A DNA stretch of 64,000 nucleotides, taken from Leucoraja ocellata. Taxonomy: Eukaryota. The stretch's first letter is position 1. Every line of letters starts with the position of its first letter. A program made the position numbers and the translations under genes. The stretch is from positions 248,001 through 312,000 of the forward strand of contig JAWMAR010001270.1 of the NCBI GenBank assembly GCA_036785375.1. Direction: 5' to 3'. A model generated the notes under the pieces. The model ran no database searches and was not told the DNA's origin. It saw only the letters and a list, made by a program, of their open reading frames with translations. Below are positions 36,600-51,122 of the stretch, one piece after another.

Positions 36600-39010
36600 A
36601 AACCAGATAAAGACAAGGAAGGCCTACAGATTAAAATTCTGAATGTGGGCAAGGAAAATTTTGAAGGCATTAGAAAGAAACTCAAGGTGATTGGAGTAGG
36701 TTGTTTGCAGGCAAAGGATTATCTGGAAAGTGGGATGCTTTTAAAAATGTGATGACTAGAGTTCAGGGCTTGAGTGTTCCTGCCAGGGTGAAGCCAGGAC
36801 AGATGGACGCGAGGAAGCTTGGATGATGAGAGAAATTGAGGCTCTGGTCAGGAAAAAGGAGGTTTTGCGAGGTGTGATCAAGTGTATCCCTGGAGAAGTT
36901 TCAGGAACTGAGCAACATACTTAAGGAGGAAATCAGGGGGGTAAAAAGAGCTTTGGAGATAACTCCAGCAGATAATGTTAAGGAAAGTCCAAAGAGATTT
37001 TAAGTGTGTTAAGGGGAAAAGGGCAACTAGAGGGAGAACATGACCCCTCAGAACCCAAAGCTGTCATCTGTGTGGAGCCCCAGGTGATGAGCAAGGTCTT
37101 CAATGAGTATTTCTCCTGTTTTTACCATGGAGAAAGATGAATGAGGAACTTGGGGTTGTCAATGGCAGGGTTTTGGTGACAGTCAGTATTACAGTTGATG
37201 AGGTGCTGACATCCCAAGGCGCATGAAGATAGACAAATATTTCAGGCATGATCAGATATGTCCGTGGATACTGTGGGACATAAGAGAAGTAATTGCAGGC
37301 GTCCTGGCTGAAATATGCAAATCTTCATTAAATAAGACTGGATGGAAATGTTGGCTAATGTTGTGCCTCCATTGAAGGAAGGTTGCAAGGAAAGGTTTGG
37401 GATTTACAGACCAATGAGCCTAACATATGCAGCAGGCAAGTTACTGGAGAGTATTCCAAGGGCAAGATAAATATGGACATTTTGATAGGGTCTGATTAGG
37501 GATAGTCAGCATGGTTTTGTACATGGACGATTGTATCTTACCAACCAGATTACGTTTTTTGGAGATATAACCAAAAAGGTTGATGAGTGCAGAGCTGTAG
37601 ACATTGTCTATATGGATATCAGCAAGGTATTTGTTACAGTCTGCTGGAAGGCTGCTCTAGAAAGTTAGATTGCATGGAATCCAAGGAGAGCTAGCTGACT
37701 GGATAGAAAGGTGGTTCAATGGAAAGAAGCATAGGGGGATGGCAGAAGGCTGTGTTTCAAACTAGTGGCCTGTGACTAGTGGGGTGTCTCAGGGCTCACT
37801 GCTGGGCCCTTCATAATTTGCAGTTTGGATCAACGATTTGAATGAGAATGTACAAGGCAGAATTGGTAAGTTTGCAGATGACACTAAAGGGATGGTATTG
37901 TAGATAGCAAAGATGACCATCAAAGATTACACAACAGTATTGATCAGTTGGTCAAGTGAGCTAAGGAATGGTTAATGGAGTTCATTGCAGGTAAATGAGA
38001 GGAGTTTCATTTTGGGACCTCAAACCAGGGCAGGACCTTCACTGTGAATACCTGGGTCCTGGGGAGTGCAGCAAAGTGTAAAGATCCAGGAGTGCAGGTA
38101 TATAATTCTTGAAAGTAGCGTCACAAGCAGATAACGTGGTCAAGAAGCCTTTTGACATAGTGGCCTTTATCAGTCAGGGTACAGAGTATACAAGTTAGGA
38201 TATTATGTTACAGTTTTACAAGACATCAGTAAGGCTACATTTGGAGTATTTGGTTTAGTTATGGTCACCCCACTAATGGAAAGATGTTGTCAAGCTGGAA
38301 AGAGTGCAAAGAAGATTTACGAGGGTGTTGCTAGAACTTGAGGCCCGAGCTATGGGGAGAGGTTGGGCAGACTGGTACTTTATTTCTAGGAGCCCAAGAG
38401 GATGAGGTTATCAAGCTGTATGAGATCATACGTACATGCACAGGGTCATTTACCTAGAAAAGGGGAATCCAGAACCAGAGGACATTTGTTTAGGTGAGAG
38501 GGGAAAGATTTAATAGCAATCTGAGAGTCAACTTTTTCCAGAGGGTGGTGGGTATATGCATGAGCTGCCAGAAGAGATAGTTTCAGCAGATATAAGCATA
38601 CAACATATAACCATATAACAATTACAGCACGGAAACAGGCCATCTCGGCCCTTCTAGTCCGTGCCAAACACTTATTCTCCCCTAGTCCCATCTACCTGCA
38701 CTCAGACCATAACCCTCCATTCCTTTCCAGTCCATATACCTATCCAATTTATTTTTAAATGATAAAATCGAACCTGCCTCCACCACTTCCATTGGAAGCT
38801 CATTCCACAGCTACCGCTCTCCGAGTAAAGAAGATCCCCCTCATGTTACCTCTAAACTTCTGTCCCTTAATTCTCAAATCATGTACTAGAATAGCATTTA
38901 AAAGACATTTGGACAGGTACATGGACAGGAATGGCTGAGTGATTTGGGCAGGTGGGACTAGTGCAGATGTGGTAGCTTGGTCAGCATGTTACATATTGGC
39001 GTTATACAAC
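36600..39010 (+). mobile_element. Degenerate CR1 LINE in NUDT21 intron 4, with a nested younger antisense CR1 3' piece (about 38604-38884)
   Basis: Collinear with the CR1 at 1-2118; nested piece matches the copy starting at 4926. Confidence 0.85.
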
Positions 39011-39176
39011 TCTAAGTGAAGCCATTTTCTTTAAGTTTTAATAATAAATAGCCCTCGGGAACAGCGAGACAGTCGCAAACCTTCGGAAGCACTGTTCTTT
39101 ACATTGTGTTTAGCATTGAACTAGATCTAATCTTTCTATAAAGCATCAACCATGTTTCAAGAACTTATAGTTATCA

Positions 39177-39344
<168 letters not shown>

Positions 39345-39780
39345 TTACAGTTGTATCAGTTCGTCTTCAACATCAAACAGATGTGAACTTCTCCGTCTTG
39401 GGGGTAAGGACCATCAAACCCTTGGGGCTTGTCTGATAGGTGCTGGCTTTAATCAGGTTGTTATCACACCCCGCCCCCCCTACACCTTATTTGGCTGATA
39501 CTTTGACAGCTTATTTAAAAGGTGGGGAAATCAGTGGAAACATAATGGTAAATGGAGCACAAATCACAAGGAATTTCCTGAAAGGCAAGAAAAGCAAAAT
39601 TGCTGAGACTAGATGAAGAGACGAGAAGTAGGATTGCAGTTTGTGGAAACCTAAATGATCTTTATGATTCCACTAGTCTTTCCATACTTGCATCAACCCT
39701 CAGAAAATTTGCAAGATTCAAATCAGGCCTGCTAGTAAAAAAATGACATCCAAACCAGAATCAAACCAGCTGATCTTTTA

Positions 39781-39888
<108 letters not shown>

Positions 39889-41179
39889 TTAACATAGCAA
39901 AAACTGTTACAATGCAAAAAAAAAAAAATGCACTCTAGATCACATCTAAATATGTTAGAGCTCAGAATCACAAAAACAGACCCTTCAGCCTACCTTACCC
40001 AAGCTGGCATACTGGGCAAATCTGATTTGCCTACAATTGGCCCTTAGCTCGCTATATGTTTCCTATCCATACATCTTTTGAAATGCCTTTTACAAGGCAT
40101 TTTTATCTGCCTCTATTGCTTCCTTTGGCAGTTCATTTCAGATGCAGACTACCTCAATTGCCTGGGGTCCTTCCGAAATCTTTTCCCTCATCTTAAGCCA
40201 ACGCCCACTAGTTTTAGAATCTTCTATCCTAGGGAAAAGGGCATGAACATTCATTTTTGCCACACCCCTCATGTCCAGTTCACTGCATAGATCATTAACA
40301 CTTTGTTCACAAACACCAAATCTAGCTGTGTCCATCACAGTCAGTTATTAAAATTATTCTCATTAGCTCTTGGCTGTGGAGATAGATAGGGCTCTCAATC
40401 ATTAACTAACAACTGCTGCCAATACCATGTATATTAAGCACACAAGATTTGTATTCTGTTGTTAAGAAGACTAGTGTTCAGAAATAGTCTGCTCTGTAAC
40501 CATTGCACCAGTTACATTGGTATACACTGATACATCTGTTAACAGCACTGGATTGGAAGTCAATGGTTTTGGGACAGGAAGCACACCAAGATGAAATAAA
40601 TTACATGAGATCTGTTTCATAGCATTGAAGTATTCTGAAACAGATTGGTGAGTTTAGATCAGTCTATATCCTCTCAATTAAACACTATATAGCAAATCTT
40701 CTACTGCAGGGAATACCTATCTACATTTTCTCACTAGACATCCCCAGACCAAGTTCATCCTGTGAACCAAAGTGTATTGAATTCAAACGTGACAAGAAAT
40801 TGCAGTTACTAGAACCTGGAGCGTTGGAGGAACTCAAAAGGTTAGGCAGCATCTATGGAGGGAATTGACAGATGATGTTTTGAGTTGGGACCCTTCTTCA
40901 GACTGCTCCATTCCCTCCACAGATGCTGCGTGACCGATTGAGTTCCTCCAGTACTGTTGAATTCAATACACTGAAAGTACCTTAGAAAACATATGATCTG
41001 CCCACAAAATTCATTTTCCAATATTCTCCAAAAATGCAGTTTAAAATGAAAATATAGGTTAAACTATGACTTCAAGTCAATGTCCTCAACTAAAACAGTT
41101 TGATGTTTTTGACATGTCCCCAGTGAATAGAGATGTGAAAGCAAGTCATCCTGAACCCCTTATTTATAAAATGACTATT

Positions 41180-41880
41180 TTCTATTATGGCGAGAGAATT
41201 GAGAAATTGGAGGGGCAAAGCAATTGGGGAGTGCTGGTACAGGATGCCCCAAAACATTAATTTGCAAGTTGAATCGGTAGTAATGACGGCAAATGCAACG
41301 CTAGCATTAATTTTAGAGAGGACTAGAATATAAAAACAGGGGTGTAATACTGAGGCATTATAAATGCACTAGTCGGACTGCATTTGGTGAATTGTGAGCA
41401 GTTTTGGGTCCATATCTGAAGGATGTGCTGGCTTTGGAAAGGGTCCAGATGAGGTTTATTAGAATGATCCCAGGAATGATTAGGTCAACATATGATGAGC
41501 ATTTAATGGCACTGGGCCTCTAACCACTGGAGTTTAAAAGGATTGGGGGGGGACTAAATTGAAACTTACTAAACAGTGAAAGGCTTGGATAGAGTGAAGA
41601 GGATGCTTCCACTAGAGGGAGAGTACAGGTCCAGAGGCAATAGCCTCAGAATAAAGAGAGATGATGAATTTTCTTTTGTCACAGGGTAGCGAATCTTTGG
41701 AATTCATTGCCACAGACGGCTGTGGAGACAAAGACAATGGATATGTTTAAGGCAGAGATTGACAGATTCTTGATTAGTACAAGTGTCAGGGGTTAAGGCG
41801 AGAAGGCAAGAGAATGGGGTTGAGAAGGAAAGATAGATCAGCCATGACTGAATAGTGGAGTAGACATGATGGACCACATG
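41180..41880 (+). mobile_element. Degenerate CR1 LINE 3' fragment
   Basis: Resembles the CR1 3' ORF2/UTR seen elsewhere in the window; boundaries approximate. Confidence 0.7.
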
Positions 41881-42168
41881 GAATTTAAGACCTACTAGCT
41901 GCACACTATTCATACATATTCATAGAAAATGATCAATGCCTTTTTGTGTCTAACCATCTCATGTCCATCATATGGAAAACGTTTACAACATTTGGCTACA
42001 GTCACCATCTGAAACATGACATTAGTAAGATTGATGGACACCAAAAGATACACCAACTCCAGTACACACCACTGATCAGCCACCAAATGTACTTAAAATG
42101 TTTCTCAAGGACTTGATTCATACTCCCAACCTTTTAGATGTTATTGATCTCATTGACATATGGACTCA

Positions 42169-42429
<261 letters not shown>

Positions 42430-45130
42430 CTAACATACTTAGGGTTCTAGGATAAGGGTAAATCAAGCTAGACGGTAGAGAGATTGCTGTCAATTAGTGA
42501 GAAGCCACATTTCTAGAATGCTGTTACTTTTCAATTTTCACATTGAAACAGTGTTAGGTGAAAAGCCACATTAATTCTATTTGCCTTTCCACTGATCAAA
42601 ACTCATTTAAAAAGATTAAACCCTTTTTTTTGTTTCATCATTACCCAAAACAGTAAATGTTTATCACAAAAATCAAGAGCTGCTGGAAGAATTCAGTAAG
42701 TCAGGTAGTATCAGTGGAGAGAAGAGTGGACAGCTGAATTTTGGATTGATATCCTTCATTTAAAGTCTAGGTGAAGCGGCTTGGCCCGAAACATCAACTA
42801 TCCAATTCCCACCACAGTTGCTGTTGAATTGTTCCAGCAGCTCCCTTTATTTTGCTACAGATTCCAGCAGCTGCAGTCTCTTGAGCCCCCAAATGTTTAT
42901 ATAAGATGTAAAATGTAGAGAAATAAAGAGATTAACAGTTGTTTCAATGTTGCACTTTGGAAGTCATGCAGTTCTTTTACTTTGCTCAACTTGCATACTT
43001 TCAAAGGATTTCAGGAACCACACTAAACACTTCAAAGGAAAAACATTCTAGAAATGCAGAGAATATTAATTCAGAATACTAGTGGTTTCCCAGTTATGCC
43101 AAGCGAAAACAAGGCTACATTCAGATAAAAGGATTTATTGACAGATTTCACAAAGGTATTAAACAGGTCTGGTGGATTTCAGCAGAAATATAGAGCACCT
43201 TTTAGCAGTAATCCGAGAGCACAGGTTTAAAATAAAGATGCGAATAAGCACAATATTTTTTTTAAAGTATAGAAACAAGAGAGAAGCAAATTCAAGGAGG
43301 ATATATTTGCAGGAAATTGAATAGCTCATAAAAGAGATAACAGAAGAAATGTCTAATCCCACGAGAAGCCCACTAATAGTGTTCACAATTCAGCATTGTC
43401 TTCTGCTACATTGTCAGTTAAAACTTCAAATGTAAGGCAATAATCCTAAGAGACAAAAGAATGTCTGAACCATTACATATCAATATGAACAAATTGTTTG
43501 TACTCCTTTCTCAACAGCACAGATAAATCAGTTAATCCATGGCCATTTACCAGCACCCCACATAAATGACCATGCCTCACATGAGAACCAAAAGTGATTT
43601 AACCATCGAGGCTGCTTACATCTCCCAAATGAAATCAATTATATTTGTCAAAACTGCAGATTATCTTATCTTGTTGTTCTCAAATACCCTATTCTCCTAA
43701 CACAGCCAAGCAGCAGGTGTATTTCAAAAAGACTAGAAGTGCATGCAATAGAGCTGAATGTTTTTCTTCAATAGTTTAGCAATGAAATACTTTGTATTTG
43801 CAGAATTAGGGAGGAAGGAAAAAACCATAACGTTTCACTCACAATTAATAGCAAGATATCAAGGTTTTAGATATTGCACTAAATGCAAGGTAACACTATC
43901 AGTTGTGGAATACCATCAAAAATGGGCAATTAAACAAGGAATAGGGACCAGGTACTATCATGGAATTGTCACTATAATGAGTTAAGAGATAAATGAGAAT
44001 AACACAGCCCATGTGTTGTATAAAAGGGATGTCAACATTAAACACAATTTAGTACTTAAAAAGGCTTCTAAAACTAGATTTAGAGTATTAATATTTTCAA
44101 TTACATACAACATCCTTTATATCCTGAACAGAGAAGCATAAAGAACATTCACAGATATTGCATACTGGAAAGGCTAGTATTTAATGCCCATTTCTAATTG
44201 CTCTTGAACGAAGTGGCTTGCTGGATCAGTGAATCAACTGTATTATAAGGATCCTGGAGTCCACTTACATAGGAGACTAGTCAAAACATCAGTCATCTAT
44301 CAAGATTAATTAAATTAATAAAGATAAAACATTTGTGCCCAATGTAGTTCAATTTGAACTGATGCCTGGTTCATTACTCCAGCGGACTTGGATTACTAAC
44401 CATACTAAAGCAATTTCAGAAGTTTATAAAATTGAGAAGTATGGATAGGATAAACAGTCAGAATTGTTTTCCCCCAGGGTGGAAATGTCAAATACTTGAG
44501 GGCATGGCTTTAAGGTAAGAGGGGAAATTTAAAGATTGCAAACCAAGTTTTTTTTTGTTTTTTTTTTTTGCAAAGACAAAATTGAAACATATATGAATGA
44601 ATTTGCAAGGAATGAAGGGACTGGGGATCGTGCAAAGGCAGAAGGATTTGGTTTAATTTGATGTGTTCAGCATAGACATCGTGAGCCAAAAGACATGCAC
44701 CCAGGCTAATGATTATGTTAAATAGCACAGTAGAATTGAACAAAGCATTAAAGTTTAAAAAAAACTAGAGATTTATAAACACATCGTATCGACAAGTCCG
44801 CAAGTAATATTAAGCCCCCTCCAAACTACAAAAGATAACAGTTTTACATTCAACCAACCGTCGGCAAATTCTTCAGATCAGGGACTACATTTGCAGGTAC
44901 CAACACTTGAAATACACAGTGGGTGGTGCAGCCGACGGTGAATAAATAATTTGAACATCACCCAAACTACACACCACACAATGGACCCCAGACGACACAT
45001 TACTGTTCAATGTTAGGAACAGTCAGTTACTGCTTGCTACACGAGTCCTGTCACACAGAAGGGCGTTTGGAAGCTTGGCGGTTCTTAGCGAGATACAGAC
45101 CACCTATTACCATCCACTACGGTTACTCAC

Positions 45131-45243
45131 AGGTTAATGGTCCTTTCCAGGGTCAGGGGCTTGGCCTGCAGATATTTGTTCCCATACTGAGAGACACCTC
45201 GAGGCCAGCCAGCCTGCGAGCGGCTCGGTGGAACCACAGACAT
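45131..45243 (-). CDS. NUDT21: NUDT21 (CPSF5/CFIm25) exon 1
   Basis: [38 protein letters not shown]; donor gtgagt; all 7 exons sum to 681 nt = 226 aa. Confidence 0.97.
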
Positions 45244-45339
45244 GGCAGCAGATCTCCGTCTGCGGGAGTAGACTCTAGGACACGGCGAAGCCACGGGAAC
45301 AGACAAAAGTCTACAACGCTAAGAACTCGAATCTACGAA

Positions 45340-45500
45340 TGAACCTGTCTTGGCGCTTTAACCGAAGAGATTCGCTTCCGGGTGAGCACAGCACTTCCGG
45401 GTGAGAGAACGGCGCCAGAAGGGATGTGCACGTGATTGGCCGGTCCGTGCCGCCGCCGCCGCCATGTGGGGGCTGCTGCTGCTGCTGCTGGAGTGCGGGC
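45340..45500 (-). promoter_or_regulatory. NUDT21 CpG-rich promoter
   Basis: Duplicated CTTCCGGGTGAG (ETS/GABP-type) at 45375-45386 and 45394-45405; CACGTG at 45429-45434; adjacent CCAAT box (attgg); GCCGCCAT (YY1-like). Confidence 0.7.
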
Positions 45501-46529
45501 AATTGTCGAGACCAGCAGAGGGAGCTTTTACTTCAGCTGCAAATAAAAACAATATAAAGCAGAAAGACAGTTCTTTGAAGTGAGAATTAAAATCTGGAAA
45601 TACTCGAAAGGTCAGCGCCTGTGAGAGAGAAGCAGTTATCTTTCTTTTTCTTCAGATATCAGCAGTTGTCTGAACTGTTCAGCGTTTCCGGTATATAATT
45701 ATATTTTATTTCACAATCCCAGCATATGCAGTATTTTGCTTTTGACTTCTTATAGAGGGGGAGCCTATGCAACCTTTTTCAGACAGAAATGTCAAGTGGA
45801 TCACCATTTCCTATTATTGAGGTCTCCACCATCAGAAAGGCAGTTTTCAGTGAATTTGTTTCACAGCATATGATGCCAAGTCTGGATAAATTGTATTCGG
45901 TATAGGATCTAGGGATCGAGAATATCCCAGTGGTTTGGCTGAAGACGTGCTCCAGAACTGCACGCAGCTCTGAGCAAGCTGTTAAGTACATAAATCTATT
46001 TGGAAAATTGCCGAGGTAAGAACCAAAGATGATAGAGCGGTGCAAGATACTCCACTCCTACGTAATCCAACGCACTGAGGTGTTGTACGTAACGGAGCGT
46101 CACGGCCGCCATCTCTCAATGCAAAACGTGACTTCCGTTGTGCCTCTCGCAGTGTAATCCGCTCCATCATCTTTGGTGTAATCAGTGTTGTAGGGGAACA
46201 GTGTGTGATATAGCTCATTTATTACTTCACATATTTTAATTAATTTTATTGTAAATGTTTCCCCCCTGTTCCTGCCTATTTCCCTCCCATCCTTCCTCCC
46301 CAGCCCCCTCCTTTGTACAGTTTTCCTTGCATTGTATTGTGCAGTTCCCCTTGTATTGTTTTAACACGCACTGTGCACAAAATTAAATTTAACATAGATG
46401 TAAATATATATATTTATATATATGAATGTGTGTTTGTGTGTGTGTGAGAGGCAAGTTAGAGATAAATAGATAAAGTTCCGTCTCATGGATCAGAAGCAAC
46501 TTTGATTACACTGATGCAATTATAAAGAA

Positions 46530-46870
46530 AGCACATCATCGCCTCTACTTCCTGAGATTACGGAGAGTCGGTATGTCAAGGAGGACTCTCTCTAACTTCT
46601 ACAGGTGCACAGTAGAGAGTAGGCTTGGTTCGGCACCTTGAGCGCCCAGGCGCGCAAAAGACTACAAAAAGTAGTAAACACTGCCCAGTCCTTCATCGGC
46701 TCTGACCTCCCTACCATCGAGGAGATCTATTGCTGCCTCAAAAAGGCTGGCACCACACCATCCTGGCCACACGCTACCTTCAGGTAGAAGGTACAGGAGC
46801 CTGAAGACTGCAACGTCCAGGTTCAGGAATAGCTGCTTCCCCACAGCCATCAGGCTATTAAACTCAAATG
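46530..46870 (+). mobile_element. Rex1/Babar-like LINE 3' fragment
   Basis: Resembles the 3' ORF end of the element at 61688-62559 (..GRRYRSLKTATSRFRNS..). Confidence 0.6.
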
Positions 46871-47097
46871 AAACAAAACTCTGAACATTAATAGACCATT
46901 ATCTGTTTATTTGCACCTTATCTGTTTATTTATTCATGTGTGTATATATTTATATAATGGTATATTGACCCACTGATCTGTTCTGTTAAGAATTTCATTG
47001 TACTATCTGGGATGTACATAAACCATGAAGGCAATTATATATTTAAATATACACATGTAAATATATGGATATATATGTTGTGAGGTTAATTAAATTT

Positions 47098-47676
47098 TTA
47101 CGCTGCTTGTAATTTACTAGGGGATGATGGGAGTGTTGAAGGAAGTTCTCGATTTATATTATCAAGGAGTGATGGAGCTGATGGAGAAGACGGACATGGT
47201 GCAAGGTCACGAAGTGAGACAGTTGACTGATGTCCATCCTGATACTTGATAGTTGCATAAGAAGAGTTGACATCAGTCAGTTCAACTTCATCAACAAAAG
47301 GCTCATTCTTATTTGATCGGACATATCGACAAAGCAACAGGCCCAGTGCTGGTCAACCATGATGGCAGAGAAGTACCACTCGAAGAACGGTGTTTCAAGT
47401 TAAAGAACCGCTCGTGTGGAGTAGTATTGGTAGCAGTTGACAGTAGAGATCTGATGTAATGTGTAAATAAGCAGACTGTACAATCTGGTGTTCAAGATCA
47501 TCTTTAATCAGTACCCATAATGTAGCGGTACAGTAGGTTATTAGTTGTTAGTTCATTGTTACTGCTTCCAAGACTGACCAGTATAGGAAGTGGGTGTTAG
47601 TATGAATCATACAGTAAGGTGGAGTTAGTGATGTTATTTCTACTATGATTGGTTCACATACAATAACCAATCTACA
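47098..47676 (-). mobile_element. Gypsy remnant: LTR-like segment (47462-47676) joined to an integrase C-terminal fragment
   Basis: TGTAGATTG...ATTAAA...TTTACA ends like the 26235-26435 LTR; IRSLLSTATNTTPHERFF..QSTVSLRDLAP. Confidence 0.65.
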
Positions 47677-47799
47677 GAGTGCAATGCATCTGGTAGAACA
47701 CATTCCCACTGCTGATCTGATATGTCATTTGACTTTAAAGCCAGCTTCACTGCTTTCCAAATGATTCTGTTATACCTCTCAACATGATTATCATGCTAC

Positions 47800-49960
47800 C
47801 CGTCGCTTCCCGAGGCCCCTATCTGTCAAGGGCCTGCTGGGGTTTATCGGGATGGTTAATATCTACCACCAATTCGTCCCGTCAGCAGCCACCTTCTTGC
47901 GGCCGTTGTTCCAATGCCTGGCCGGTATGCCAGGTCTGGTCCAAGGAGGCAGAGAAGGCATTCGAGGGGGCTAAGACTGCATTGGCCAACGCCACTATGC
48001 TGGAACGCCCAAACGGCCCTCACCGTGGACGCTTCCGACGTCGTGGTAGGCGCCGTCCTCGAGCAACGAGCATGTAGTCGCTGGGTGCTGCTGGCATTTT
48101 TCAGCAGGCAGCTGTGAGCCCCCGAAATTAAGTATAGCGCTTTCGACCGGAAACATATTGCGCTCTACCTAGCGATCTGCCATTTCCGTTATTTCCTGGA
48201 GGGGCTTGCATTCACCGCATTCACGGACCACAAGCCACTCACGGTTGCGTAGACCAAGGTATCCGATCCCTGGTCTGCCAGACAGCAGCGGCACCTCGCC
48301 TACATTACCGTATTCACATCTGATATTCGGCATGTGGCGGGGAAGCTGAACGTTGTGGCTGACGCGCTGTCCCGCCCAGCACCGCCCGCAGTTTCAGCGT
48401 TAAGTTTAGGCGTGGATTATGCGGAGCTGGCCGCTGCCCAACAGACAGATGCCGGCATGGAGGTTTACAGCAATGCTGAATCATATCTCAAGCTGGCTAA
48501 GGTGCCCTGCAGCGCCGCCGGCGTGCGAGTCCTTTGCGATATCTCCACGGGCAAAGCCCGTCCCATTGTCCCGGTTGCTTAGAGGCGTATGATTTTCGAC
48601 TATCCACAGCCTAATGCACCCGTCCATTTGCGCCACCTCTGCCTTGGTCGCGGCCAAGATCGTCTGGCATGGGTTGAGAAAGCAGGTCGCAGCATGGGCC
48701 CGTTCCTGCATCCCGTGCCAGAATTCCAAGGTGCAGAGACATGTGCAGGATTTCGCTGTCCCGGACAGCAGGTTCCTGCACATCCATGTTGACCTGGTGG
48801 GTCCCTTGCCATGTTCGCGTGGGGCTACTCACCAACTGACTATCGTGGACAGGTTTACCAGGTGGGCGGAGGCGATACCGTTAACGGATACCTCCACTGA
48901 GGCGTGCGCGAGGGCCATCGTCTCGAATTGGATTGCTCGTTTCGGGGTTAGAAACATAGAAATTAGGTGCAGGAATAGGCCATTCGGCCCTTCGAGCCTG
49001 CACCGCCATTCAATATGATCATGGCTGATCATCCAACTCAGTATCCCGTACCTGCCTTCTCTCCATACCCCCTGATCCCCTTAGCCACAAGGGCCACATC
49101 TAACTCCCTCTTAAATATAGCCAATGAACTGGCCTCAACTACCCTCTGTGGCAGAGAGTTCCAGAGATTCACCACTCTCTGTGTGAAAAAAGTTCTTCTC
49201 ATCTCGGTTTTAAAGGATTTCCCCCTTATCCTTAAGCTGTGACCCCTTGTCCTGGACATCCCTAACATCGGGAACAATCTTCCTGCATCTAGCCTGTCCA
49301 ACCCCTTAAGAATTTTGTAAGTTTCTATAAGATCCCCTCTCAATCTCCTAAATTCTAGAGAGTATTCTAGAGGTTCCCTCTGATATCACTACTGATCATG
49401 GGGCCACGTCATCCCTGTGGAGTGGTATGGTGCAGCTGTATGGTGCGAAGCTGCACCAGACCACCGCGTATCACCCAGAGTCCAACGGTTTGGTTGAGCG
49501 TTTCTACAGGCTCAAGTCGGCGTTGAAAGCTTGGCTCACCGGCCCCAATTGGGTCGACCAGTTGCTTGGGTCCTCCTAGGCATCAGAACCACTCCTAAGG
49601 AGGACCTCAACAGCTCCTCTGCCGAGTTGGTTTACAGCTCGGTTTTGCGAGTACCTGGGGATTTCCTGCCCGTCTCCCGGGATCAGGAGATCCCGGCTTC
49701 GGCGGTGTTAGCTGACCTTCGCGAGCGGGCGCACGCTTTGGTCCCGGTTCCCACTTCCCGGCATGGTTTGGCTGCGGTGCATATACCTACTATGTTACGG
49801 GATTGTGCTTATGTTTTCCTTTGTAGGGATGCTCACTGCTCACCGTTACAGCGGGTGTACGAGGATCCGTACAGGGTGCTGAGGACTGGTGCCTCGACGT
49901 TTACGTTGGACATGGGTGGCAAGGAGTTCGTCTCTGTGAGCCACCTTAAGCCAGCGCAAG
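47800..49960 (+). mobile_element. Gypsy/Ty3 pol remnant (RT end, RNase H, integrase), frameshifted
   Basis: LTVDASDVVVGAVLEQ, FTDHKPL, NVVADALSR, HIHVDLVGPLP..LTIVDRFTRWAEAIP, TTAYHPESNGLVERF. Confidence 0.92.
48950..49371 (-). mobile_element. Young CR1/HER1 3' fragment nested in the Gypsy integrase
   Basis: Interrupts WIARFGV|PSDITTD; GGTT duplicated at 48946-48949 and 49372-49375; ORF MRGDLIETYKILKGLDRLDAGRLFP. Confidence 0.9.
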
Positions 49961-50290
49961 GGGGGGGGGGGGCATGTAGCGGCGCCTGCGGGTATCGAAC
50001 AGGTTTGGAAGCCGCGGTCACGTGACTCGGGAGGGGCTGCTTGATTTTGCATGGTTTTGTTTTCGCGCGGCAGGTCAGCACTGACCACCATTGTAGCCAG
50101 ACGTGTCAAGAAAGCCTGTAAACTGAAGAGTGAATTTCCGAATAAAAATTATTTTAAAAATTCAGTTGTCGTTCTTGCAACCGCCAAAGTATGTTATTTA
50201 ACGCATGCGTGCCATCCAGGAGCAGTTCAGACAGGGAGTACTGAACGGAATGCAGGGGCTTTGTCAATAGTTTGGTTGCTTCGTGGTCAA

Positions 50291-51122
50291 TAGGGTAATT
50301 TCACGAAAGGTCACTGGAGCGTAGATCTGCACCCACGTGACCGAAAATTTCAACTGGAGTACATGTTATACATCGGTACATGTTAGTGAATGGGAAAACA
50401 CGCACTTTCCCACCCGTTAAAAACATGGAAAACGGCCGATATTTGAGCTGAAATTTTCTGTGCTAGTCGGGGTGACCGTGAAGCACAGCGACCTAAATTT
50501 TCAGGCAAAAAAAAAGATAGAAAGTAAGGTAATTACAAGAGGGAACTGAAGGTGGAAAAACAGCGGAAGTGCTTAGCAGACATTTGCCGTGGAGATTTAA
50601 AGATCCAAAATATCAGGAATTATCGCGTTTGCTTACTGAATTTCATCAAAAATAAGTTAATAATGCCTGCCCAAGATTGCAAGATATTGCAGAGAGTTGT
50701 GGATGCAGCTCAGTCCACCACACAGACCAGACTCGCCAACATTGACACCATTTACATATCACGCTGCTTTGGGAAAGCAGCCAACATAATCAAGGACCAT
50801 TCCTACCCCGGTCATTTCTGCTTCCCACTGTCCTCATAGGGCAGAAGAAACAGAAGCTTGAGAGCACACACCACCAGACTCAGCCACAGCTTCTTCCCCC
50901 GTTATTATGCTTCTGAATGGTCCTTCCATAAACTAAGGCATAGTCCTGAGTTTCCATCCTGCCTTGTTGTGGACATTGACATTTCGATGTTTTTAACGGG
51001 TGGGAAAGTGCGTGTTTTCCCAATCACTAACATGCACCGATGTATTACATGTACTCCAGTTGAGATTTTCGGTCACGTGGGTGCGGATCTACGCTCCAGT
51101 GACCTTTCGTGAAATCACCCTA
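50291..51122. mobile_element. Non-autonomous DNA transposon with about 140-bp TIRs, containing a Rex1-like fragment (about 50660-50980)
   Basis: TAGGGTAATTTCACGAAAGGTCACTGGAGCG... at 50291 is the reverse complement of ...CGCTCCAGTGACCTTTCGTGAAATCACCCTA ending at 51122. Confidence 0.82.
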
